DNA of 64,000 nucleotides from a virus: the IMG/VR virus record IMGVR_UViG_3300023116_000009, positions 122,088 to 186,087 of that record; one strand, written 5' to 3'. The position numbers and the translations under genes are program-made. Positions within the stretch are counted from its first letter, which is position 1. Every line of letters begins with the position of its first letter. Under the pieces are notes generated by a model. The model was not told where the DNA came from. It searched no databases and worked only from the letters and a program-made list of their open reading frames with translations. Below are positions 18,101 through 29,100 of this stretch, one piece after another.

Positions 18101-18630
18101 GTTGTTTTAATGCCAACTCTCTTATCAGAGCGAACTGACATTACAACTGCGTCGGATCCTAAATTAGTATTATTATCTGTAGAATCTCCAGCAAAAATAT
18201 CTAATCTTTGACCAATACCATTAATGTATTGAGATCCAAATCCAGCAGAGTATCTTGGATTTGCAGCATTTGGAAATGCAAGGGTTGGTGAATTTGGATT
18301 AAATGTGTCTTGATGAATATGCAATCTTGCAATTGCGGTAGATCCACCAACAGCAGTTTTACCACCAAAGGGGTTTAATTTAGCAGTTCCATCAAGTCCT
18401 GCTGCAATAACTGGAATACCAGAAATATCATTTCCTACTAAAGAATCTCCAGAAGTAGTGTTGGTATCTAATGTGAGAATTTGTCCCAAAGATGCACTAA
18501 AGGATATTGCATTATCATCCGCAACCTTAAGTGTGATTGGATTATTATCAAATCCCACAAAATCAATTTTGGGTTCGTCTGCTTCTCCTACATTAGGAGT
18601 TATTAAAATATCCTTATCAGTATTTGCCAT
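15109..18630 (-). CDS. Tail fibre-like protein (1173 aa)
   Basis: Fibre repeats RVGIKTTSPNSPLDI and RVGIGTNPASGINLDVTG; Tyr/Asn-rich core; C-terminal GTFRIPHP...HSFVEGP..DLIYR domain. Confidence 0.8.
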   Translation of the reverse strand: MANTDKDILITPNVGEADEPKIDFVGFDNNPITLKVADDNAISFSASLGQILTLDTNTTSGDSLVGNDISGIPVIAAGLDGTAKLNPFGGKTAVGGSTAIARLHIHQDTFNPNSPTLAFPNAANPRYSAGFGSQYINGIGQRLDIFAGDSTDNNTNLGSDAVVMSVRSDKRVGIKTTSPNSPLDIVTLDSGVDANQPEQGPELRSSNGEYRWRFTTQTDSNYWYFKWKVPGNQSGGTQDALWMRSRSDKIGPEQWRFRAYGRNYDSSTEQLRDIFYLDSYRAAINLTSGFDGYAKLDVNGPTRFRSNVGIMYWGPATSHMIRGYWQLDYRNSGWSLMYLLGYYNNRQMHSWRTQYVTRNLAYYRNWSRYFEATSGSTQGGRPIYYTNIASVTTGEGVNTSDSKIVSQDVLKQYGPIGANYDDDGYRIISISIPNYNRTATEVLDENGVGTGVFTFNNVGVNCTFTIEETTANSMSGNAEGHKFMYNQGLTMVNTGLGTAAGGTNGGEGDTNWSQSGTFNRNLNCYRPNSSDTNPYPNTILMRINNPGWEQLAATQTPTSAGTYNFATEAGGTPDTTYVHNCPTNARVKGRWNRLGLFNTGTGANTALDVGWNDRFTAYYLPPQGTALPYSTTVPANGAGSGERGKALYVDTTRSSSYNITNVGQIGVYSDFSMSWQNRPGELYVANGYQQDAFLDSIYASLNYAYCRQGYLDKRNYANAYVGYGEGNRGLAFNIAGGRWVSARGVQAYCRNYRNGRMDYAYNFSSDFYNGLNANSSGPGYVADARGIYNYLDTRYGSRTNSKFGIYTYNRIGVNAEERVNGTTVNNSYGAYLYTRMDGGNCYNMRGLYVNFDIRGLTFSVGSLDSAGNNPTNLSYRYGIYCRNEDQNYFSGRVGIGTNPASGINLDVTGEMRCPTITTNTIRFRQTGYGTNSDPYGFRFVTPSYNVSRLELHLNDDSNEEFAIYGYSCSGYSCGEWSGNLYHYFRSNGDAFHSGTLTKGSGTFRIPHPLPELTETKDLVHSFVEGPRPDLIYRDKVALVGGTATVDIDVAVGMTPGTWQHLCRDPQVFVVNNQGWTSVRATVTAAGIVTIEAQDPACTDTIDWMVVAERQDAKIREANWTDDEGRTILEPDRHRRPGDDYPTYEAFLAEEPENKSSMFDGQAAPSEEIDEPDH

Positions 18631-18657
18631 TAGAGTTGGAGACCTTTTCCTAAAGAG

Positions 18658-18665
18658 TATTTATA
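18658..18665 (-). promoter_or_regulatory. Late promoter TATAAATA (1173-aa fibre)
   Basis: Perfect consensus, intergenic. Confidence 0.85.
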
Positions 18666-19403
18666 TTATGTAAAGCGAGGAGCATATGCATCATACAGCA
18701 ACTTACACTCTCTAGCATTTAGTGCAGTATCATGCCAAAAGAAAGAATTTAATTTTCCATCAAAACGAAGACAGCATGGGTTTCTACAAATATTTGGTGG
18801 AGATGCTTGCATTTGTACTTGTGCCCCAAATGCACCAACATCACCTAATAATTCGCCATCATGATAAATGTATAATGTTGGACCATTACCATATTCATTG
18901 CCACGATCAAACACTCCAGTTGCTAAATGCCAGTTTCCATCACCAGTTCCAGCATTACTAAATGCAACTCCTTCCCGATAATCAAGACCCATCAACCAAT
19001 AGTAACCTCCACTAGAAGGTCCAAATCTAAATCCATCTGCACTACCAGCATTAGCAACTAAACTAATTTGACCGCCAGCACCATCATGAGTATACCAAAA
19101 AGAAATCGAAAAACTTCCAGTTCTAGTAAGACCCATTGAGTCCATATTTGTTGGTGACTGAAATCCTAACGGAGCATTATACGATCTTGGTGTAGCATCT
19201 CCATTGTCATTACCACCAAAGTCCCAATACAAATAATTTGATTGTGTGATTCTTGGAACAGTTCCAACAATAGTATAGTTATTTTGATTACCACTTAAAT
19301 CAAATACTGTAGATCCAGTCCCAGGAAAACTAGAATTATTGTTTGCGTCAAGAAGAATTTTTAATTCTCTTAACGGAATATGGGGTCCATGATATGCGGT
19401 CAT
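18666..19403 (-). CDS. LamG / concanavalin-A-like lectin domain protein
   Basis: LLDANNNSSFPGTGSTVFDLSGNQN, FSISFWY, NWHLATGVFD, LYIYHDGEL, ALNAREC. Confidence 0.82.
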   Translation of the reverse strand: MTAYHGPHIPLRELKILLDANNNSSFPGTGSTVFDLSGNQNNYTIVGTVPRITQSNYLYWDFGGNDNGDATPRSYNAPLGFQSPTNMDSMGLTRTGSFSISFWYTHDGAGGQISLVANAGSADGFRFGPSSGGYYWLMGLDYREGVAFSNAGTGDGNWHLATGVFDRGNEYGNGPTLYIYHDGELLGDVGAFGAQVQMQASPPNICRNPCCLRFDGKLNSFFWHDTALNARECKLLYDAYAPRFT

Positions 19404-20185
19404 AATCCATACCTTCCTTTTAAGTTATTGAACATCAGAGTATTTTCATCACCAGAAAGTGCCCTATTATAAATGTAAACACTTCCTAAAAATCCAGGGC
19501 ATGGACCATTGCCACCTAATGATCCATCGTTTTGAGTGCCCCCAAATACTCTGAATCCACTAGTGCTATAATTTCCATAAGATAGTCCTAATCCTGGTGT
19601 TGTTGGATTAGCGCCACCACCTTCTGTTTGTGGTCCAGTAATAATCTGAGTTTCATTTCTGTAGGCAGTTGCAATTCCAGTTGCTTGATCATAAGTATAT
19701 GTGTACATATTCCATCCATCTGCTGGAACACCTACAGGAGCAAAGTTTCCATTGATATATCTTCTATATCTATCTGTGTGAGTTGTAGAATAATTTAATA
19801 CATTACTCTGTTCTAATACACATGTAAGGGGAGATCCTGCAGTTCCACCCCCAGCGGTGCAAATAAGTCCTCTCCAATTATTATTAGCATTAACACTTAA
19901 TGGAAGATTATTTATATTCATCCATAATAGAAAAGTAATAGAACCAGTATATAATCTATCGTTAATCGGGGAAATTAGATGAGATGTTCCTTGCCCAGTA
20001 GAATTGGTATCACTTTGTACATAGTTAAATCCTACGGGTCCAGTTGCCGCAGTAAAATTATTAACTTGCCAATTTCCTACAGAACCCCTACTTGGGGCAA
20101 GTGAATTAATACCCACCCCATCATTTGATTCATATACATCTACGATCCCATCGTAGATGATATTGGGACCGTATTTAGTTGTCAT
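19400..20185 (-). CDS. LamG / concanavalin-A-like lectin domain protein
   Basis: YGPNIIYDG, SITFLLWMN, GWNMYTYTYD, GFLGSVYIYNRALSGDEN. Confidence 0.82.
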   Translation of the reverse strand: MTTKYGPNIIYDGIVDVYESNDGVGINSLAPSRGSVGNWQVNNFTAATGPVGFNYVQSDTNSTGQGTSHLISPINDRLYTGSITFLLWMNINNLPLSVNANNNWRGLICTAGGGTAGSPLTCVLEQSNVLNYSTTHTDRYRRYINGNFAPVGVPADGWNMYTYTYDQATGIATAYRNETQIITGPQTEGGGANPTTPGLGLSYGNYSTSGFRVFGGTQNDGSLGGNGPCPGFLGSVYIYNRALSGDENTLMFNNLKGRYGL

Positions 20186-23100
20186 TCCTGAACCTCCTTG
20201 ATTTCCATTTCTACTTCCATCTTAGGAACATCCTTACGTTCTGCCTGTACAAAGTAGAACGCCGCCCCGCCACCAGTCGTGATTGTATTATCAGCGACAT
20301 CAATTACCCAGCGATTGCCAGAGTCACCAATTGCAGTCAGCTGAACTGTAATGGTGTCTTCATCAACAAGTTGTAACCAGTAATCTGGTAATGTAATTAC
20401 ACCATCTGTGACACGTCCTCTGACGTATACACCATGCTCAGGACCCTCAAGTGAACCATGCTGAAGTTTGTAATTTTCCTTAGTTGGGTGATCGATAAGG
20501 AAGGACTTGCTCTTAGCAGAGAAAGTACCATTGATTGTCAGAGTATGTGTTGGAACATTAAGTCCAGTGTACATACCAACTCTTGATGTTGTTACATCAG
20601 CAGCATCAGATCTTTGATACATGCTGAATACATTATCACCAGCATGATTGGTGATTCTGAGAATATCGTTTGGAGTGATATTAGCATCATTCCAAATGGT
20701 CCACTTAACTTGACCTTGACGTGCAAGACCCATACCAATGTCTCTGTCAAACGCATTATCAATAGTCAAGAGTGATGGATAACCAGCATCAGTATCAAAG
20801 TTCTTAAAGAGAATACCTGCTGCTGAGGCAGCAGTAGCATAACCTCCACCACCAGTTGCGTTAACAGTCAGTTTAGAACCAATGTTTGCAGCAGTGACGC
20901 CGATACCGACATTACCGTTATAGCGGATTCTAACTCTCTCATAGAAATCACTATTGCGTACACCAAATACTAAGTCAGTTTGATAATCACCTGCCTTAAC
21001 TGCAGCAATTCGTGCAGAGGAGATTCTTGCGCCATCAGCCGCTCTACCTGCTTGTAACCACAGACCAGCAAACGTTGAAGAGTTTCCTGCCTCAGTATTG
21101 TATACTGCAAGTTCTTGTGGATATGGTTCATATGCATATTGACCACTAATACTTGCAGACCATGCGGTTGAATCAGTAACTTGCTGCTTCAACTGACCAG
21201 TTAGAGTACCACCAGAGAGTGGTAAGTTCTCAGATGCAGAACCAATCAGATCACCATATGCATTTCTAAATCCAATGTCACCATTTGAATCTCTAATTAC
21301 ACCCTTACTATTTGCTGCTGTATCATATGCAGCGTTGACTGTATCAATACCAACACCAAAGGTAATGTTACCTGCGTGCCAGATGTTATTACCATTAACT
21401 TGAGCGGCATTTGCTTGGAAGTTAATAGTACCAGTTCCAACAGTAGATGTACCGCCAGATGCAAGAATTCTTACATCGTAACCATTAAGATTAGGATCAC
21501 CATTTGGAAGTGTGAATGCATTACCGCTGGTTAAGAATCTAATCTGACCACTAGTTGCCTCTGCTTCATTACCTAAAGTAATTACTGGATTACCAGAACC
21601 ATCTGCATAGAGTTTGTGCTTATCAATAGAATAATCATCTACAGAAGTAATACCAAAGTCAGCAATTGGGAAGTAAGTTGCTGGTTCTACTGCAGTACCA
21701 AACTTGGTAACAGTTTCATTAAGAACACCAGAGATAAGTTCTGCTTGTACTTTTGTATGTGACAGTTGAGATGCTCTTGACCAAAATACTCCATTTTGAG
21801 TTCCTTCATCTGGACCATGAATTGGAATAATGTTTGGTCTTGGACTTACATATGTAAACCCAACGCTACCATCAGTTGCAGCACCAGTTGTATGTGATGG
21901 ACCATTGCCAGATGCTGAAGTCGTACCAGCAGTGGTTACCTCATAAAGATTTTGGTTAGCAAGTACTAAAGTACCAACACCCAGAACTAAGTTATTGTCA
22001 TATACAGTTGGAGTTCTGATGAAATCAACTGTAGTATAAATGTTGTTATTATACTGAACTTCTCTGCTAGGTGGAATACCTCTAGATACAAATCTGAAGT
22101 CAGCAGTACCATTAGTTACTGTACCACTTGTGTGATTCAGAGAAACGGTTCCAGATTCACCAGCAGTAGTTACCTCATAGAGGTATACATCTTCACCCAG
22201 AGTACCAGCAATGATAGTATATACTAATTGACCTTGTGAGTATAATGTTTCTGGATCAAAGTCAACTGCAGTTACATTGCTATAACCAAACTCCCAAACA
22301 TAATCTGCTTCGTATTCTGGAGTAACTTTTAGGACATTGACTGTACCTTGGTTGACGTTATTGTCAGTGTAGAGGTTTACTGTGAAGAATGTATCACCAT
22401 TTAAGTTTGCACTTGATCCACCAGTATCAAGCATTTGGAAGTCATCATATGTAAACAGGAGATTATCTACAGTGAATTCATAGATAACACCAGTATTGAT
22501 TTGAACTTGAGGATCAAATCTAGTAATTCTCAGAGAATCAGTAATTGATTTTGGTGAAAGATTGCCTGGCATCCTTCTGTTGCTCAGGTAACCATAATTC
22601 ATATTTGTGCCAGATCTTAAGAATGTATCTGACTTACCTCTTAAGAATGCAGCATCGAGAGTTGATCCAACACCATCATTACCACTGGACCATAACTTAT
22701 ACCAAGAACTCCACTGGTTTGCGTTAACCGATGCGAGAGTTGCAGTCAGTTCAGCAGAAAGAGATCCTGCATAATCAAATACTGCAGTACCACTAGTTGC
22801 TTGTGCAGAACCACTAGTATGAGTTGGTTCTTGAGTTCCTGCAGTACCAGCGGTAACTACATCATACAATCTACCAAATCCAATGGTTTCAGCAACAAAT
22901 ACCTTATCACCAATATTATAATTAGCACCTGAAGACCAGCGAATGTAACCAGAGTCATATTGACGACCATTATCAACACCAAAGATGTTTTGTGGAAGTA
23001 CACATGTAAATGTTCCTGGTGCATTACCAGTTTCATTATATCCATAACCAGTATCAACAATGGTTACATTAGTAATTTGCCCATTGCTTCCAACGGTAAT

Positions 23101-26100
23101 ATCTGCCTTAAGACCATGACCTTCACCACCACCAAGTTCTACTGATTTGTATTGACCAGGAGTGTAACCGTTACCTGCTTTAGAAATTGCAATGGATCCA
23201 ACAAAGTTTCCACCATGACCACGAATCCATTGGTTGTTATTATCGGTAAATGCAAACTGAGTAATTGCATAACCATCAAATGTAGTTCCAGTACCAATAC
23301 CTCTTCTAGTTGTGTACTTGGTATGGTCAGTTCCGCCGTCTAACAAACCATCATCGGCATTCTTCTTCCATGCTGCTGATGTTCCAAGTGGTGCGTTAGA
23401 TGGTGCAAGAGTTTGCTGTCTAACGTCAGAAATTGTAAGATTCAGTGCAGTACCTGATTGACCCGTAATGTCAATGATATATTCGCCAGAAAGGTAGTCA
23501 GGACCAAGAGTACCAGCATCAATGTTAGATGCGTCTGTATAGAACTCTTTATCTTCACCATCGAGTTGGTCAGCATCCAGACCAGACCCTGCACCCTCTT
23601 TGAGTGTCAATGCACCATCAGGTCCGAAATTCCATTGCTCTTTATAGAATCTCCAAACACCAAGGTTACTAAAGTCATCACCAGCAATGGTTAAGTTGTC
23701 ACCACGTTTGATGTCAATTGTAATATCATTAAAGATCTTAGATGTCTCTGCAACCTTTGCTTCCAGATCTGCATCATCATCTCCATTTGGATTTGTGATT
23801 GATGCAGGTAGTGTTGAAATAGAGAAGTCAGCGTTATAATTTAGACCTCCTTCTACAACAGCAACTCTTGAAATTACACCATCTGCAATAGTTGCTGTAG
23901 CAGCAGCACTGTTACCAACACCAGTGAATTCGATGTTAGGTGCAGAAGTGAATCCACTACCACCATCAAGAATTCTAATCTCGGTAACTGAACCATTAGT
24001 CGTAACTGCTTTTGCAACAACGTTAACCAGAACAGCACCATTATTATCTTTAAAAATGACCGTTGGTGGTTCTTCAGCAAATACAACTGGAGTAACGTTT
24101 TCGTCAACAACAAGGCGATAACCAGTACCACCGTTGGTGACTGCAATACTCTTAACAGCACCATCACTAACTGTGAAGTCGGCAAGGAATCCTTCTCCTG
24201 CTCCACCAACTACTTGTTGAGATTGTAAAGTTCCAGTTCCTCCACCCAAAGTAGAAATACCATAATTTTCACCACCGTCGATAATTTCAACAGATCCAAT
24301 ATATGTACTTCTTTGGTTTGAAGAACTGATAACAAGTGGTGTCTCTGCAGAATTCTTTCTGATAGAAGAAACAACAGGAACGAACTTAGAATCACCTCTC
24401 AGGTAAGTATTAGAACTTGCTGGATAATTAGAAGTAATGTTTGCTAATCTTGCTGGATTAATGACACCAGTGGTAATAGAACCAGCGTCAATATTAGTAG
24501 AAGTCAACTGAACCCAGTTTGAATCAAGTTGACCAGAAGTATTAACTACATTAGTAATTGCTACAGTTTGAGGTGTACCACTAAAATCTTGGATATCATC
24601 TGCAACTGCAAATTTAATATTACCAATGAGAATGAGTTCTAATCTACTTCTAATGACTAAAGATGCGTTTGCGCCAGCACCGCCAGTTCCAGTATTATCA
24701 AATATAATTGAAGGTGCAGTTGTATAACCAGAACCTCTATTCGTTACCGTGATAACAGAAACACGATTATTATCAATTTGTGCTGTGGCAGTTGCCGCAG
24801 TTCCAGCATACTCAAAGGTTACTGTTCCATCAGTAGCAGTGCCTGATGTATGAATTGGACCACCACCAGAAGAACTTGAAGTGCCAGCAACTGTTACTGT
24901 ATACAGATTTCCGTTGGCAGCAATTTGAGCACCAGCACTATAACCAGTGCTATTTGCATACTGAATACCAATTGTAACTGTTGGTGCTGTGGTATAACCA
25001 GATCCACCACTAATAACACTTACATTTGGTGATACTTCGCCATGAATATAGTAATTAACTGTACCTTGTCCATTAGAGGGAGTACCACTTACAACATCTC
25101 CATTTGAGAATGTATAAGTTGGGTCTGGAGTAAACTCAAGAATTTGAGCATAGGTATCATTGTTCAGAATGTAGGAGATATTGTTTGGTGCCAACTGAAT
25201 TGCAATGTCACCTGCAAGTGCTCCTTCCAGTGCAAGACGTGCTGCCAGATCTGCAACAGTAAAGACATTAAATGGTCTCAGTGCTGGAATCTGGTCAATA
25301 TTAATTCTACCAGTAGAATCTAACTGTACAAGGTTACCAGGAGATGGTGTTGTGCCATATGGTTTGTTCTTGTAGTTACCATAGTTATTGGTAATATATT
25401 CTCTAATTGATGCTTGAGTTGCCAGAATTCTATCACTATTCAGTTCGGTAGAACCAAGGGTAATATCACCAAGTTTCTCATCTCCAGAGAAACCAACAAT
25501 TTCAATATCACCACCCTTAATCTTCAGGAACGCAACTTCTTCAATTTCAACAGTACCACCAAAGGTGATGTTACCAGTTCTGTTTTCGATGTTAGCAAAG
25601 TAACCAACTTTAAAGTTACCGAGTTCGTCAGTACCTGATGCATAAACACGACCGTTAAGTTGAGATACCTGTTCGTAATCAGCGGTATCTTCAGATCCTC
25701 TCTTACCACCATTTTGTGGCAGAGCGTTATAGTCAACACCAGAACCAGAGAATTCCCACGTGTGAGAAGACGAGTTACAAATAGATGGTCTGTGGAGATT
25801 AATTGGGTGATTAATCAGTTTATAACGAGTTGAGTTATCAAGGATAAACTCACCATCATCTCTTTCTGCACCAGATGGAAGTGGAGTTGTAACTGTTGGG
25901 TTATCAAGAATTTCATCAATCAGAGTATTCAGGGTATCGATTGCTGCCTGAACGTTAGCACAATCAGAAGTGCTATACAGATCAGAAGCAGTTCCTACTT
26001 CACCCGCAGGTGAGGATACATCATGAATTACTGCAAGATCTACGTATGGTTTTACAGTTGTATACTGTGCAACATAGTATCCAGCAGTTGTTTCTGCTCC

Positions 26101-29100
26101 AGTTAGAGTAGTTCCAAACTCTTTAAGTTGGTTATTAATTGCTAACTTACAGAGAACCGTTGCCTGATCAAATACTGCTTTTGTTCCTGCAGCATAACCA
26201 GTAATGTGTGCAATGACACTATTTTCAATATATGATTTACCAGCATCCCAAGTAAATGCATTACCGTCATCTCTGATGTCATCAGCAATTGCCTGAACAA
26301 TCAGTTCAGTATCTCTGATGCACTTAGCATAATTTGCTTGGAATGAATATACATTGCTATACAGAACAGTATAGAATGCTTCTTCTGCAATGTACTTCTT
26401 ATTATTCTCAATAAGAACCGCAGCATCAGTGTATCTGTTTTCATTACCAATCAAACGCATTTGAGCATCTGCTTGTACTAATGCATCAGTATTGGTTGCT
26501 TGAATAACAGAATCAATAAAGTATTCTGGATTATTATTGCCTGATCTCAGAACGGGTTTGATGCCATCAACTTTAATAATATAGTGCTCTCTTGGTTCTG
26601 AATTCAATTGACTAATATCAAATGTTGGAGTACCAATGAGGTCAAAAGTAACATCATCAACTTTACCAACATCAAAGTTGTAAGGGTCTACTCTAAATCC
26701 AGTTGCTCTCAGTGAGTAAATACCAAAGTTAGATGCTGAGTTGGTCAGGGATGCATATCCACCACTTTCAACAACACAACCATCATAAGTAAAGATACAG
26801 AAGACCGAAACCAACTGAGTGTATCCATCGTTGATGACTCGATAACCAGTGCCGCCAAATGAGATGATCGTGAACGCAGCAGCAACCATCGACTTACCTT
26901 GTGGTGGCAGTCCAGGTCTGATAACGTTAGGATCAGCAACCTTAGCACCGTCAATCTCACATCCAGATCCACCAAGGAACGAGATTACTGAAGAGTTAAA
27001 GATGTATGGAGACGCTTCAATAATAGGAAGATCTAAGAAGTTTCTTGCAAAAGTAACAAACTTAGTTCCATTATCCTCAAAAGATTTTTCTGGTAAAGTT
27101 CTATCTGGTGCAGTTCCTCCAGAAATTACAGTATCAATAATACCGAAGTAAGTATAAATTGCAGAGGTTACATTTGCACAAACATAATCTCTATTTGCTT
27201 CATAAGTATTAGAGATTGTTGTATCTCTAAATGTAGTTTGTGTTGAAGTTCCTGCATTTACTAAGTTTGTAGAATAGTAGAACTTGGATGATGCTGTTGC
27301 AAACGAAACGAATGCATCATAACTAGAACCAAGAACCGTGAAGTTAATACCAGCACTATTTGCAACTTCAAACCATCTACGTCCATCGTAAGAGTTTAAA
27401 ATGCCATCATCAGTACTGATCCAGAACTGGTAACCATCATGATAAACTCTATTATTATTCTTACCTGCAGCAGTTCTTGTAATTCCAGTAAGGTTTCCAG
27501 GAGTTGCTGTAGTACCAATTGCTTGGTCTAAAATTGCAAACAGGTTTTGAATTGCAGTTGCTACGTTAGCACAATATGGACTGTTACTATCAATAGTGAC
27601 ATTGTTATCAAATGACTGAAGAAGACCTGAAGCATAATTCTGAACGTCAGATACTGCAAATGCTTCATTACGCATTGCTGCAATAGCAAAGGATTCTGCA
27701 TATCCGAATACTTCTGCAGATTCATCTTCTTCGCCAGAGACATGTGCTCCAGTTACATAAAGATTAGCAGCATCATATACTCTATCATTTCCACCATACT
27801 GTAAGTTAAGGACCATTGCTTCCAAGAAGTCCATAACATCATCTTTACATGCCTGATTGCCTGTAGGGATGCTAAATCCTTGATTGTTATCAAGCATCTT
27901 ATTTACAGACATCTCAGCAATTATTTGCTTGTTTGCTAAGATGAGGTCTGCAGCATCTCCGTATCTATCTGCTACAAACTCTGCGGCAATTCCAAGTTTC
28001 CAAGTTTGACCGTCTGTTGATGTATAAATTAAATCTCCTGAAGCAGCAATGAGAATATCCTCGTTTGCTGTAATTGAAGAGAATGTAGTTGCGGATGTAG
28101 TTCTTTCTGTCCATACAACGCCATCAGGTGAAGTGTATGCACTACCACCACTACCTACAGCAACAAACTGACTATTCTTATAATCCCAAATTACATCTTT
28201 TACAAGGTGTTGACCAGATCCATTAACAGGTACAAAAGAACCTCTTGCAGTCCATTCCTGACCGTTATCAGAAGAGAACCACTGAGGACCACCAAATCCT
28301 ACCCATTGCTCATCATCATCCCAAGCAATAGTACTAATTGATTGGGAACTGAGGTTGCCGCCTTGTGCAATTGCCCAATTTACGCCATTGCTGGAGGTAA
28401 TAATATATGCACCATCAGCACCACCACGACCACCAACAACAACAATTGTTTGTCCATTCCAAATAATATCATTCCATTGAGTTCCTGCGGTAATAGGACT
28501 TGTTTGTTGAGTCCAGGTAATACCGTCAGGAGAAGTTGCGATTAAACCAGCAGAACCAACGGCAATAAATTGTGTATTTACCCACTGTACTGCGTAGATA
28601 GTTGCGCCAATGGAATTTGCAATTGCAGTTAAGTTTGAACCATTCAGATATTGAATTCTATTTCTAATTGCAAGAACTGCTAGTTCTCTTGCTTGTTCAA
28701 ATGCATATCTGGTTTCTTCTAACTGACCATTAATATGAATTAAAGCATTGCCTTGGTAATAGTTATTTGCTGCTTCTAAGGTTGCAGCATTACCACCGTG
28801 AGACAAGTCATATTGAACAGCATTCAGAACGTGCTTAATATCTGTTTTGCACTGATCTTCATTTGGGATGATTAATGAAGAATATTTTGCCTTGGTTCTG
28901 ATTACTGCTTCATCTGCAATAAACTCTTTGTTCCTTCTAATAAGATCAGCACCATCTAAGAATCTGTGACCTTGCTTTTCGGACTCTTCAAATTTAAATG
29001 GTGAGTTCAGCAAACTGAACTTAACGTAGTTATCAGAGGAAGTTACAACAGCACCATATACAGTCAGAGAGAATGGTACTGCTTCCGATCCTAACTGTGA

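Noticed and set aside
15109-20185. Diversity-generating retroelement acting on the lectin or fibre genes
   Set aside because: No reverse transcriptase in the window, and no near-identical template/variable repeat pair differing at adenines was seen.
20259-20280. GC-rich run near the end of the 3508-aa gene as a terminator
   Set aside because: It is G-rich but not self-complementary, has no U-tract, and simply encodes GGGAA.
20182-20560. Peptidase S74 autocleaving chaperone at fibre C-termini
   Set aside because: The typical SDxRLKxNI motif is absent. The domain is the different IDHP...EGPE type, reported under findings.
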